Origin: Fistulifera solaris
Lineage: Eukaryota
Direction: 5' to 3'
NCBI GenBank assembly: GCA_030295235.1
Contig: AP026153.1
Location: forward strand, 248,001-312,000
Length of the DNA stretch: 64,000 bases
Positions 36,711-47,923 of the stretch are shown in pieces. The notes under the pieces were generated by a model. The model was given only the letters and a program-made list of their open reading frames with translations. It was not told where the DNA came from and did no database searches. A program made the position numbers and the translations under genes. The stretch's first letter is position 1, and each line of letters opens with the position of its first letter.

Positions 36711-37419
36711 ATTTGTACGAAGGTGAAGATGATTCATTGCTTCGGACTGTTTTCATTGGAGAATTTCGTCGTGCTACAGCCCCGTATCGACGGACAGCTG
36801 TCGTTTGTTTGATAAAACGGCGTAAGGGGTAGTAAATTAGATAGGTCATCGCTATCGTTGGTCTTGAAGAGTTTTTATTGTGCTTATAGTTTCTGGGAAG
36901 TCATGCGTCTTGCCTCTAGAATAAAAAAACATCATGTTTAGGCGGAAAGGTATGACAAGGTACCGGTAGAGGGTTTAGTCGATTGACAAAACATTTATGC
37001 GTAAAGTAGAGTGAGAATTCCCCCAGCATCTATTACTATTACCTAGCTAGAGGTCCAGAGAAGATCTTGCTTACGTCCTCCCACTCCCACACCCAAACCC
37101 TAGTCTATCATTTTTTTCAAGCATGGGTTTCGGTAAAAGGATGCTATAGCCAAAGAAGTACCCAGTTAGTCGTTGTTCGACATTAGGGCTACTCTACAAG
37201 GTATAGCCACAACCCATCACGACGAAACAGAATTTTCGTTTTTACGCACGCAAACTTCATTCCACCAGCATTTGCCTCCATTACCAGGTATTCTATGACA
37301 GTCACTCGATCTTCGTGTGGCGTTATCAACCTTATTGTGGTGTTTGTAGTCTATTCGGTCAACTAAACTCGATTGCTTACGATAGTGCACTATCATCTCA
37401 TCGAAGATTAATCATCAAC

Positions 37420-38303
37420 ATGAACGCCTTGGCCCATTTCGAGTTGCTCGAACGCGAGAAGTTGTCATTGGAGAAAGACACGAACCAGTACAACCAGGAG
37501 CGTACTCAATACGAACTTTGCTTGAAAGAAATTCGTGAAAAGATTAATCTTACGGAGGACCAGAACCGCGAACTTTCGCTCGCTGTGGGTACGCTGCACC
37601 GCGAGGAAATGCTACGAAAGACGGAACTCGAGCATCTCCGCAGTACGCTACAGCGGGAGCGGAAGGAACTCGAAGAGCATGCGAAGGCTGTCGATACGAT
37701 GCTCATGACGGAACGAGAAGCCAAGAAAGCTTTTTGTGAGGAAATGTCGGAGATGAACACTGATCTTGGCAACCTCCTTGTCGAGCAAGAAGGATTGTAC
37801 ATGGTTCAGCATATTTCGGTCGATCATTTGCCGGTTCTCCAGGAGTACTTGATGAAGCAGCAACAAGTAGCCGCTGAGATGAATGCTTCTTGCATTGATG
37901 AGCCCGAAAACGCTAACACCTCAAAGTCGAGGGTTGAGATGAAGGACATGATTCTCATTCCGGAGAGTGACGCGAAAAACTTCGAGACGGAATCAGCTCA
38001 AGTTCGCACGCTCAACGAACGCCTTCATGAACTCACAAACCAAGTTGCCAAGTTACGGGAATTGGCTTTGCAATCATCCTCCAACTCCCAAAAGGTAAGG
38101 CAACGTTCATTAGTCTATTCATGTATATCGCACATGTGGCTAACACGTTTATGACATTCAAGGCGCTCTCGTTGCAGACTGTCCTGGAGCTGGAACATGC
38201 GTGGGAAGCGTTATCGAACACCGATCCTGGAGACAAGGACAACGGCGGGTCGCAAAGCCTCGTCAATATGGATCTTTTTTACGGAAATGAAGCGGTTGCC
38301 TAA
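37420..38303 (+). CDS. Coiled-coil hypothetical protein (intron 38095..38162)
   Basis: E/L/K/R-rich heptad pattern; GTAAGG...AG intron links to the 3' ORF ending FYGNEAVA*. Confidence 0.7.
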
Positions 38304-38444
38304 CGAGATTTACGGATGACGTTGGTAACGTCGATTCCCTATCTCTTGATACATATTTTGTGATAGCGCATAACCATTTCTTAGCTTCAGCAGTTTAGAG
38401 AATGAGTCCGCTATAGTCGTCCAGATGTTTGTGCCGCACGTAGC

Positions 38445-39215
38445 CTATACAATTTCAGGTTTATCATCGAACTTCTTCATTGTGTACACGCGATCGGCGT
38501 CGTCGTCTTCGGTCATCTGCGCCGTTTCTGCGCCATCCTCTTCGCTTGGTAGTTTCACTTCTTCGTCGAGAGCCAAGTCATGCATTCTTGGTGGGATATT
38601 ATCTGTAGTTGATACAACAATACCGTCTGGCTCTCGATCATTATCTCTCGGCAGGGGATAATGACAAAATATGAACATGGACGCGACGAACCAGAATACA
38701 ACGGATAATATATCCGACCTCGACCCCCAGTACAAATTACAAGTATTTTCTTGGCACAAGGTCGTTTGAAAAAAGACAAATGACACGGCTTGACAAACGG
38801 AAGCCAGAAAAACTTCATAACCCGCCCATCTCCATGTCCCTCGAGAAAATGTACAACAGGTAGCAAACCAGAGAAAAAATGTTCCGCCGCCTCCCAGTAC
38901 CAGCGCCATGAAGGCAAACGCTTCGCTCACTTTCCATGGAGTCTCTTCGGTGTTCACCAACGACGGCGGATATTGTAAACATTTTCCAGTATACGAAACT
39001 TCCCATGCCCCCGTGTCTCGATTTTGTTTCGGTTGACGGTAAGCTTTTATACCGGCTTCTACCCACGGCGCTTCTCCCAATTTGCTGACAACGTCTCCTT
39101 CTAGCCGAACATAATCACATTCGTCCTGGAAAAGACTGGCGATCCATCCCATGGTTGTTAACACGGTAGGAACTAAAGGAAATGCTCCCTGCGGTAGTAA
39201 TCGACAGGATGCCAT
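38445..39215 (-). CDS. Four-TM claudin/tetraspan-like membrane protein
   Basis: TM1, large Cys-containing loop, TM2-4 with C..NTC.L..G motif, acidic tail. Confidence 0.7.
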   Translation of the reverse strand: MASCRLLPQGAFPLVPTVLTTMGWIASLFQDECDYVRLEGDVVSKLGEAPWVEAGIKAYRQPKQNRDTGAWEVSYTGKCLQYPPSLVNTEETPWKVSEAFAFMALVLGGGGTFFLWFATCCTFSRGTWRWAGYEVFLASVCQAVSFVFFQTTLCQENTCNLYWGSRSDILSVVFWFVASMFIFCHYPLPRDNDREPDGIVVSTTDNIPPRMHDLALDEEVKLPSEEDGAETAQMTEDDDADRVYTMKKFDDKPEIV

Positions 39216-39582
39216 TTGTGGGATAGGGGATAAATGGAGGAATAAACTAAGAAATGATTGGATCGGATTCAAGGGAAAGTCGTCGCATTACTATGCTCAA
39301 TCAATGCAAATGCTGCTTTTTGTCTTCGTCGCATTCAAGGGTGTCGTGTTGGTTCGTGTTTCACATCATTTCAAGCAAAAAGCTTGCGACATAATGACCG
39401 TGTGACCGTTTCGAAAGACTCAACGAATGCTGACTATCTACAAAACAACCTTCAGTACCGGATAGACTTGCAGCTGACCAAACATATAGTCTATAGGCTG
39501 ACCAGCCCCTTTTATGATGCTTGTATAACAGAATGATAGCTTCATGATATAGTAAAGGGAAGAGCAACTCGCAGCCAGCTTT

Positions 39583-40785
39583 TCATTCTCCAGGTCGAGA
39601 CGGAGGTCTCCACCGAATCTTTTCATCGGCCGAAAATGGCAACCTATGAGTCTCTCCGTCATCGAATCGGACGGTCAAAACAATCTCGTCCACAATATGG
39701 ACAGGATCCTCGACGACTTCTCCGCGGCACCAACCATATTCTTCGTTCCAGAAATACTCTACTGCAGTTCCTTTTCGAATTGATTTGGCCCATGGCGGCA
39801 ATTGCGGTTGACCAATTTTCAAGTCTTTGCTCGCCTCATCGGTGGCGGCCGTGATTTGCTCAGCCATTTTGCGAGCTCGGGCCATGCCCACTGTTTCTTC
39901 TATAATACCGTTGACATAAGCAAGTCGCGCTACACAATCTGTCATCTCCAGTACTTCTTGACGTTGACTGGTCGTAAAGTCGGCGATTTCGGCGGCGAGA
40001 ATTGATGCTGCATAGATGGTTTGCGAAATTGAGAAATCCGACTGTTCGCTGTCCAAGTAAGAAGCACGAAAGACTTGTAAAACGGCAGCTTTTTCCATGG
40101 CAAGTTGTTGTATTGCTATTGGTATTATAGTGTTCCCAGTTTCTTCTAAAATAGCCTGTTCCAAAGGAGACACCTCTCCAGCCGTTTCGACTTGTTGTTG
40201 ACAGTATTCGTCGACTACTTCGAGTAGACGACTAGTCCGTTTTATTACATCGGTTGCATCCTTCTTTACAGGGTCACTTCCAGAAGTATCTTGATCCACT
40301 AATTCGTCGACAAGAACGATAGGAAAAGGTATTTCTTGCAATACTTGTTTCACGACAAATCGAAAGCTACTTTTGCAGACGAGGAGTCGATCGTCGTCAC
40401 CGAGAGTGGATAGAGCCCGCGATGTGCAACCCACAGCTCCTACCTGTGGTGCTATACAAACATGCCCTATGTAAGAATCGGTGTTTTCCGTGGCGTATTC
40501 TACAATCGAGCGGTCGACGGCGGTGTCGATGTTGATGCTGTAAACATTCAAAGTAGCCAACTCGTCCGGCAAGTGTGATGACGGGAGAGGGAGAAATGTA
40601 TCCCTTCGCAAAAGAGGAATTTTGAGATTTTCAATAAGGGGCTCGTTGTCGACGGGAAGAGAGTTTCTTCGACAGGATTTCGCATCCAAAAGGCGATGAC
40701 GAGAACGACCGAATACTTCGGGGGCAAATAAGTATCCAGAGACGTGGCTTATCGCCGCAATACACAAAATTGCTCGAGTGCTCAT
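39583..40785 (-). CDS. Plastid-targeted Lon N-terminal (substrate-binding)-like protein with C-terminal Tudor/SH3-like domain
   Basis: Signal ..VSG-YLF; GAVGC, FRFVVKQVLQEIPFPIVLVDELVD, RQEVLEMTDCVARL; C-terminal GTAVEYFWNEEYGWCRGEV..VRFDDGE. Confidence 0.65.
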   Translation of the reverse strand: MSTRAILCIAAISHVSGYLFAPEVFGRSRHRLLDAKSCRRNSLPVDNEPLIENLKIPLLRRDTFLPLPSSHLPDELATLNVYSINIDTAVDRSIVEYATENTDSYIGHVCIAPQVGAVGCTSRALSTLGDDDRLLVCKSSFRFVVKQVLQEIPFPIVLVDELVDQDTSGSDPVKKDATDVIKRTSRLLEVVDEYCQQQVETAGEVSPLEQAILEETGNTIIPIAIQQLAMEKAAVLQVFRASYLDSEQSDFSISQTIYAASILAAEIADFTTSQRQEVLEMTDCVARLAYVNGIIEETVGMARARKMAEQITAATDEASKDLKIGQPQLPPWAKSIRKGTAVEYFWNEEYGWCRGEVVEDPVHIVDEIVLTVRFDDGETHRLPFSADEKIRWRPPSRPGE

Positions 40786-41663
40786 TCAATTTCACTTTAG
40801 AGGGATAATGTTATTCTGGATAGTAAAATGATGTTCATCGATTGCAAGATTATCAAGCCATCATGCTTTTTTGCCGGCTCGAAATTTTTTTTGTTCAGTG
40901 TTTTTGTCGTTGCGGCGGTCTTCGTTCTATCATGTAGTCATACCAGGTAGGGTTAGGAGTTCCGAAGATAGGGGACGTACAGCGTGACGGACGGACGACA
41001 TTTAAATCCTAAATCTAGCTAGCTCGAGCTACAGCGCCAGGATCATTTCTATGAATACATTTGCAAAGCACAAGGACGATGAGAAGAAACTTGGGATCGG
41101 AACATCTTTCCAGCGTCTCGCGCGCCTATTTTTCAAGCTAAATCGAATCTTTTTAGTCGTTTCGTTTCTTAATGTCTTTGGAAACGTTCCGGAAAATAAT
41201 CATACTGTAATTTTGATTCTCTGAGTTGTTTTGTGAGGCCGTGCGGCTGTTTTTGTCTTAGCAGTCCGGCATAATAGTTGTTGGTGACGATTGTTCGTGA
41301 TAGTTATTCGTGAATTATCATCCACCTGAAACTGAAAGCCCGAAATGCTGTAATCATTAGCCCGTTCTTTCCGTTGTGCTTCCGAGTATTCTGAAACAGT
41401 GGCAGAGAGACATCTTCGGCTACATCGTAACTAATAGTAGAAGAATAATTATCGATTTGAAGTACAGAAAGGTACACGGTTTGTACCGTACACAAAGAGT
41501 AACATCACGTTTTGCCGCACGACTGCAACGAAAAGCGCGACGAGGGCTGAAAAACGAGCGGCATTTTTGTTGCGAAACGAATGAAACTCGGAAGCCCAGC
41601 AAAACATACATGCGAACTTTTCATTGAATCTTCATCACAAGCTTCTTGTAGAAAGAGAGAAAG

Positions 41664-43160
41664 ATGCGAATGAATAGCGCTTACAAACTTGGAGTGGGTT
41701 TGTGTTTCTTGGTAGTGTATTCAATTTGGGCGAGCTATCAATTTGCACTTTCTTACCCGGGGCGAGAGAAACTACGAAGTGCGAAGGCATGGACTAGCGA
41801 TCTTACGCCGTTCTTCACGGTGGAAGAAGTTCATGAAATAAGAAGATCGGGTATTGATTTTGTGAAAGGAAGCAACAGTGAAGTCGTAACAAACAACTGG
41901 CCGAGCTGGAGAAATGAAACGATTCAGATTCGGCCGATGCTGGAATTTATCAATGAACTCTTGCTCGATTCGAATACTACGTACACCGAAACGAGAGAAC
42001 GAGACAGCAAACAGAGATACATGTTTGCTGAGACGCCGTATGTTGTTAGTAGCACAGGTGTGTGTACGAGCAAAATTTTGAGAAGAAAGAATGTCGGAGG
42101 TCAGATAAAACACCGACTTTTGCCCGTTGAGGGCTTGATAAATGAGGCGATCCAACTATTGACGACTTCCCGGGAGAAAGAGCGTGAAAAGAGATGGGCG
42201 CAACTGGATAAGCTGCTGATACAGAAGAAGTATAGCTTTCCTTTCTTGGCATTCTTTGGAGATCACAATTCTTGCGACTATCACAATTACCGGGACAAAA
42301 ACAACGTTTCGTACAGTCTCCCTCTATTTACGTTCGGCGTCAAAGGAAACGAGCTGGGTTGTTGGAATGGATTTCCTATGCCAAGTTACAAAATGATTCG
42401 CGATTCAAAGAAGGCGTCCAAAGATTGGGATGCTACTTTCCGGGATCGCGACTTTAATTATCCGTGGCATACGAAAATTCCCAAGGTTGCTTGGCGGGGC
42501 AGTCTCTCAGATGTGAATGCCGCTTTGAATGGTGAGACTCCCAGAAGCAAGCTGGTTGCGTTGGCCAATGAGGCGTTCAACAAAACACATCTCTTTGACG
42601 TCGGGTTCACGAGCGACAACCATTTCGACTTTTTTGATTTTTCGTCGCCGGATCTTCTTATAAAAGAACCTATCCGACCCTTTGAAGAATTGCAGCAGTT
42701 CATGGCTATTGTTGACATTGATGGTAACGCTTGGAGTTCTCGGTTTCCAACACAACTTTGCTTGAATAGCGTGAGTCTAAAAGTCGAGCCGCGCTATTCG
42801 GATTATTTCGTCGGATCGCAAGCCAAGCCAGGTGTCCATTATATATCGATCAAGCGAGATTTGTCCGACTTACTGGAAAAGACACTTTGGGTGGTGCTCC
42901 ACCCGAAAGAGAGTCGACGCATTGTCGCAAATGCGCGGAAATGGTGCCGACAGCACATGGTTTGGAAGTCGCTGGCTCGCGACATGCTGGATATTTGGGA
43001 GAAGTATGTTACGTGGTTGAATGAGCAAGATCCAATTTGGTCTGACACTTGGAAAAAGCAATGGAAGATATGGGACCGACCATCCTCCTCTTTCCGGCCA
43101 TTAGAAATCACGCAGGAACTATCCATTGACACTCTTGCGGGAGAGTTTCCAAGCTCGTAG
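41664..43160 (+). CDS. Glycosyltransferase family 90 (CAP10/KDELC-like), copy 1
   Basis: Type II TM; YPWHTKIPKVAWRGS, VDIDGNAWSSRF, PGVHYI..DLSDLLEK. Confidence 0.88.
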   Translation: MRMNSAYKLGVGLCFLVVYSIWASYQFALSYPGREKLRSAKAWTSDLTPFFTVEEVHEIRRSGIDFVKGSNSEVVTNNWPSWRNETIQIRPMLEFINELLLDSNTTYTETRERDSKQRYMFAETPYVVSSTGVCTSKILRRKNVGGQIKHRLLPVEGLINEAIQLLTTSREKEREKRWAQLDKLLIQKKYSFPFLAFFGDHNSCDYHNYRDKNNVSYSLPLFTFGVKGNELGCWNGFPMPSYKMIRDSKKASKDWDATFRDRDFNYPWHTKIPKVAWRGSLSDVNAALNGETPRSKLVALANEAFNKTHLFDVGFTSDNHFDFFDFSSPDLLIKEPIRPFEELQQFMAIVDIDGNAWSSRFPTQLCLNSVSLKVEPRYSDYFVGSQAKPGVHYISIKRDLSDLLEKTLWVVLHPKESRRIVANARKWCRQHMVWKSLARDMLDIWEKYVTWLNEQDPIWSDTWKKQWKIWDRPSSSFRPLEITQELSIDTLAGEFPSS

Positions 43161-43529
43161 TTGAGTCACTATTTCTCTTTTTACGTTGACTCCAATAAGC
43201 TGTCATAAACATGAAAAAAGTTTTCCAGAAAGATGAACGATCGATTGGTATCAATGGCAATGAGCAGCGATGAGCAATGAGACGATTATGGTTACTTAAA
43301 GTTTCTGCAGAATGTGAGTACCGTAAACCGTGAGTTTAGTTTCTGCGGAATATGACATATGACGCAAGCCTTGCCTTATTATAACCGATGATGAATATGA
43401 TGACGCACATTATTTGTTGTTTTTCTGTTTTTTTTTGGTGTTGCCCACCTTATTTTCGTTCTTCTTTTGTTATTGATTAGCATCTCGCCATCAATAAATC
43501 ATCCAGCTCCGAGTATACAAGCACAACAG

Positions 43530-45116
43530 ATGAGAATTTATATCACTGTTACCTTTGCAGCAGGAGCGAGCTTTGTTTCATTCTTTTCGCTATGGAAGAG
43601 TCATCAACTTCTTATAAGCCATGCGTCTTTGCAAAGCATGGCTCTGCGCAGTGCGAGCGGTGCTTTCCATCCGGTCACAAGAAATTTCACTCAGCTCGGT
43701 AATGATCTGGCTCCGTTTCTAACGGCTGAAGAGATCAGCAGAATAAAAGAGTCTGATATATCTTTCGTGAGAAATGAGGTTGCTGGCAACATTTGGCCGA
43801 GTTGGAAAAACGGCACCATTCAAATACAGCCGATGCTTGATTTCATTCATCGGCTTCTCATCGACCCAAGTAATACCTATACGGAAACAAGAGAAATAAG
43901 CCTTTTGCAAAGAGAAATGTTTATGGAGACACCGTATGTTATCAGTCAATCCGGTCTCTATTGCAGTAGTTCGTTGAAGAAAAGGAACATGGGATTTCAG
44001 CAACGCAACCGGCTGATGCCCGTCGAAGGCTTGATGAATGAGGCCTTAAAATTATTTCACTCGTCTCAAAAAGGGGAGCGTCGAGCAAAATGGGCTCAAC
44101 TGGATAAACTGTTGAAGCGGGGCCGGAGTTTTCCTTTTCTGATTTACGCTGGAGATCACAAATCATGCGGATACCACAACTATAAAGACGAGAACAATGT
44201 TTCACAAAGCATTCCTTTGTTTACCTTTGGTGTGAAGGCAAAAACGCTTGGTTGTTGGAATGGATTTCCTATCGCCAGCTATAAAATGATACGTGATTCA
44301 AAGCGCACAATGCAAGATTGGGACAAACAATTTGAGGAAATGGATAATCGCTATTTATGGCACAAAAAGCTACTCAAACTTGCGTGGCGGGGTAGTCTTA
44401 CGGACCGTAGTGCCCTAAGAGACCTTGGTCGTGTCGATGGAGTGACACCGAGAATGAAGCTTGTTTCATTGGGAAATCACGACTATAACAATACGCAACT
44501 GTTTGACGTCGGGTTTGCGAGTACCCATAACTTCGCGAAGAACAATGTTTCATCGCTTGATTATCCAACGAAAGGACCTATCATTCCCTTTGCGGAAATG
44601 CAACGTTACATTGCGATCATTGACATTGATGGGAATGGCTGGAGTTCTCGATTTCCAACACAGCTTTGTTTGAACAGTGTGAGTCTGAAAGTCGAGCCCC
44701 GCTATCCGGACTATTTTGTCGAATTGCAAGTCAAACCTGGAGTACATTATATCCCAATTAAGGCGGACTTGTCTGATTTATTGGAAAAGACCCTTTGGGT
44801 GATACTTCACCCGAAAGAGAGTCAGCAGATTGTTGCGAACGCGCGGAAATGGTGCCGCGAGCACATGGTTTGGAAGTCGCTCGCTCACGACATGCTGGAT
44901 ACTTGGGAGAAATACGTCATATTTTTGAATGAACACGATCCAACTTGGTTTGACACTTGGGATAAGCAATGGAAGGTATGGAAGCGTCGAGACTTACCTT
45001 ACGAATTGCTGCGACCATTCAAACGGACGGATAATGGTCCTCTTCGTTTTCGGCCCGTCAAAGTCAGTCCGGAACTCAAAGGCTTCCTCCTCGGCATAGT
45101 TATGAAGTATTCGTGA
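43530..45116 (+). CDS. Glycosyltransferase family 90 (CAP10/KDELC-like), copy 2
   Basis: LAWRGS, IDIDGNGWSSRF, PGVHYI..DLSDLLEK; collinear with copy 1. Confidence 0.88.
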   Translation: MRIYITVTFAAGASFVSFFSLWKSHQLLISHASLQSMALRSASGAFHPVTRNFTQLGNDLAPFLTAEEISRIKESDISFVRNEVAGNIWPSWKNGTIQIQPMLDFIHRLLIDPSNTYTETREISLLQREMFMETPYVISQSGLYCSSSLKKRNMGFQQRNRLMPVEGLMNEALKLFHSSQKGERRAKWAQLDKLLKRGRSFPFLIYAGDHKSCGYHNYKDENNVSQSIPLFTFGVKAKTLGCWNGFPIASYKMIRDSKRTMQDWDKQFEEMDNRYLWHKKLLKLAWRGSLTDRSALRDLGRVDGVTPRMKLVSLGNHDYNNTQLFDVGFASTHNFAKNNVSSLDYPTKGPIIPFAEMQRYIAIIDIDGNGWSSRFPTQLCLNSVSLKVEPRYPDYFVELQVKPGVHYIPIKADLSDLLEKTLWVILHPKESQQIVANARKWCREHMVWKSLAHDMLDTWEKYVIFLNEHDPTWFDTWDKQWKVWKRRDLPYELLRPFKRTDNGPLRFRPVKVSPELKGFLLGIVMKYS

Positions 45117-45396
45117 TTCCTAAGTCGTGACTCCCTTTTGGCAGGATTGCTTGTTTTTTGTTTAGTCTATCAGTACCGGAATGGTATTTTACAACTAGTG
45201 CTAACATAGATTTTTAATACCGCTCGACATCGATTGCTCTATTGACGAGTGACGATGCTTTCGGTCACAATGGCGGTCTCACGATGTCCAACTTACTTGA
45301 AATTGAAAAAGATTGCTATTGCAGTTATAAGGAAAACAACAAAGTGACTTGGACTTCTCTAAAAGAACAAGTTATTATCGGACTTCCTCGCACATC

Positions 45397-45815
45397 ATGG
45401 CTCGTTCTAAGCAAACAAAAAGCTCGGACGGAAAGCACCGTAAGGAGACGAAAGAGGAGCGACGAATTCGTCTCGAGAAACAAGAAGAGGCTCGACAGGT
45501 ACGACTGATCAAGTGCCGAGAAGTGTTGCAAACTGTGATCCGGTGCTTTCGTCTTTGCTCACGCTGCTTTGCAATTCCTTCAGGCATGTTTTAAGCTGCT
45601 TCCGTGGGCCGGAGGTCTTGTCGTAGCCGCCATGATTGCCTTTGCCTTGTATGTTCGATCCGTGCCTCCAAGGCCAGTGATCAATCCAGCTTCGAATATG
45701 GCCACTTCCACGAGTCGCTTTGATCCGGAATTTTTGCAGCAATGAACCGACCGATTCCCGTTGCTAAAGAGAATCCGTCGGAGGCATCGGATAGTGCCGA
45801 AACGATTGAACTATG
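45397..45815 (+). CDS. SMCO4: SMCO4-like single-pass membrane/coiled-coil small protein (intron 45499..45583)
   Basis: KHRKETKEERRIRLEKQEEARQ|ACFKLLPW + TM + YVRS resembles the SMCO4 pattern KKET..K.ERKQAMQEARQ..VLP. It stops at 45745 as written, or at 45815 (...ETIEL*) if a T is missing at ~45733. Confidence 0.7.
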
Positions 45816-46037
45816 ATGATTTTGTTTGGTCGTTCGTGATTTGCAAGAAAAAAGTTGAATACATGTGTGCGTTTCTTCTAAAGTGCACGTTAAAAAGGTC
45901 TATAATGAGGGAGTAATTGCAATCAATTCTTCACCCGCTTCTGAGCTTTCTACATCGTTAAGTTCTCATGATTTCTCGACGGATCGCGTCGTCAGATGGA
46001 GACACGCTTTCTCCTATATAGAAGCTTTATACACAAC

Positions 46038-46415
46038 CTATCTTGCTTCGATCAACTTCGTAAGCGGAATTCGATTTTCAATCGTCTCGCGTGCATTCCG
46101 AAGCTTGTATCCAGCCACTGCTAAACTGCCATCGTGAATCCATCCGATACCCATCAAGAGTGACAAAAATGGAAACAACGCAAAAAAGTCCCTGCATGTA
46201 CATTTCTCCGGACATGATGGCCAAAACACGGTCAAAAGAGATATAGCAACCACTATCGTCATACACCCTGCTACGACGTCGGGCCATCCCATTTTGACCT
46301 TCCATTGCTTACACAGGGCCATTTTGCCAAGCACACCGACAAGAGCTACTGCCACGAGTATGTTGTATCTCCATACTTGAGCAGAAAACGCGTTCACACA
46401 AGTATGAGCATCCAT
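46038..46415 (-). CDS. Small hypothetical membrane protein
   Basis: ATG 46415; three hydrophobic segments around FWPSCPEKCTC. The 3' end is uncertain. Confidence 0.45.
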   Translation of the reverse strand: MDAHTCVNAFSAQVWRYNILVAVALVGVLGKMALCKQWKVKMGWPDVVAGCMTIVVAISLLTVFWPSCPEKCTCRDFFALFPFLSLLMGIGWIHDGSLAVAGYKLRNARETIENRIPLTKLIEAR

Positions 46416-46653
46416 AGCTTTATCTACTTTCCAAATAGGATTTGCGATCAGGTTTTGGTCTAGAGGCTTTGCTCTTAATTTGAGGGAGAATAATGAAACA
46501 AATGGTGAAAGAACGGCATAACGTATTAGAAAAGACTCGCGTGAGCGCCAACGCAAACGCACAGAAGTGACGCCTTTTAAAAAGTTATGCCGATACCTGC
46601 TGTGACGACAGCGAGTACAGTTCTGAAATATCATCTATTTCACTTCAAGACCG

Positions 46654-47662
46654 CTAATACAAAGCCAATGGCTCGGCATCAGTAAACGGAATGTATTCAT
46701 CTTTCCCATAAACTCCGTGATAGACACGTAATGTCTTTAACTGAACTGAGGCATCTTTACCAAAGAGAGAGTTACCGCCGTCCGGCATTCGTTCAAAATA
46801 AGATCCCAATTTCGAACGCGCTAGTTTCGGATTATCTTTGGAAAGAGGAATGACCAAGGAATCGGCTCCAAACGATGGACCGGATTCTGGATTATCAACT
46901 GTACAACGAATCATAAAGCTGAATGAGAAAACATATATAATCAAACAACACAAGTGCGATATCATCACGAACCTTGTGCAAATGAAGCACCGCCTACTTT
47001 TTTCAGCTTAATCCATCGATTTCCTTGACGCTGAAAGAGAAAGGCGGCAATGGATCCCCGCGCCTCTCCGTATCCCACCCAACCTTTCGGATTGTATCCA
47101 CCCGCTTGTATCCCCAATCGACTTTCACAATAGACTAAACCACCCCCTTGTTTGTCGACGGCAGCGTGAAATTTCACCGGATCCCATCCATCCCGGTTGG
47201 CATCATACGTGAGACGCAATCCTCGCTTCTCCAAGTTGGTCTTTCGGAGTAGGGGACGTAGATAGGCCATTTCCGAGTTGTCCGTTTCGACAGGTTCGAC
47301 GTCAAAGTCCGTGGTGGTAGCAGGATACTGTTCGAAACAACAAGATTGAGTGGAAACAGAAAGAAAGGGCTTTGTACTAAGGCCACACCGACACACACCT
47401 GCTCGGGAAATCGGTTCTCATCAAATCGTTTCAGTCCCAAGGGCGATTCTTCCGGCTTTCCGAAAAATACGGTAAATATTTTCTCCACCAAATCGGGTTC
47501 TTCTTCCACCGGAACTTGTTTCGCTGGTTCTTCGGGTTGATTTTTGTTGGGAAAAAAGAAATTCAGACGACTCCTCGACGGTTGCGGCTGCTTTTGTGAG
47601 GGTACAAATGCCTCGCTGAAACGCAGCAGAATAATCAATACAAGAGGGATTCGAGTGAACAT
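46654..47662 (-). CDS. Plastid-targeted TLDc-domain protein (introns 47398..47328, 46972..46899)
   Basis: SEA-FVP presequence; YDANRDGW..FHAAVD, GGYNPKGW, AFLF, GPSFGADSL, RSKLGSYFE. Confidence 0.88.
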
Positions 47663-47757
47663 TATAGCTCAGTACATGAAAGAGGTTGTGTTCGAATGAG
47701 TTGCGCGTCGTCCACTTTTGTCATGGTCGCATTTTTCTCGATGATTTCGACGACTTG

Positions 47758-47796
47758 AAGAGGGATCCTATTTTTTTTTATTAATAAGAGGGATCC
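47758..47796. repeat. 11-bp direct repeat flanking a short poly(T) insert
   Basis: AAGAGGGATCC at 47758..47768 and 47786..47796 encloses TA-T9-ATTAAT. Confidence 0.8.
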
Positions 47797-47923
47797 GACT
47801 GCCGATTGAATACCACTACGATACATTTGAAATATTATTGCATTCGATGTCAGTCACGCCGGTTTTATTCACGCCAACCAGAATGCTAGCGTAAATGTTT
47901 CAAAGGCTTATAGATCTAATAAG

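Noticed and set aside
32954..45116. Glycan biosynthesis cluster (GT34 + GT90 x2)
   Set aside because: The genes are separated by unrelated housekeeping genes; only the GT90 pair is a real tandem.
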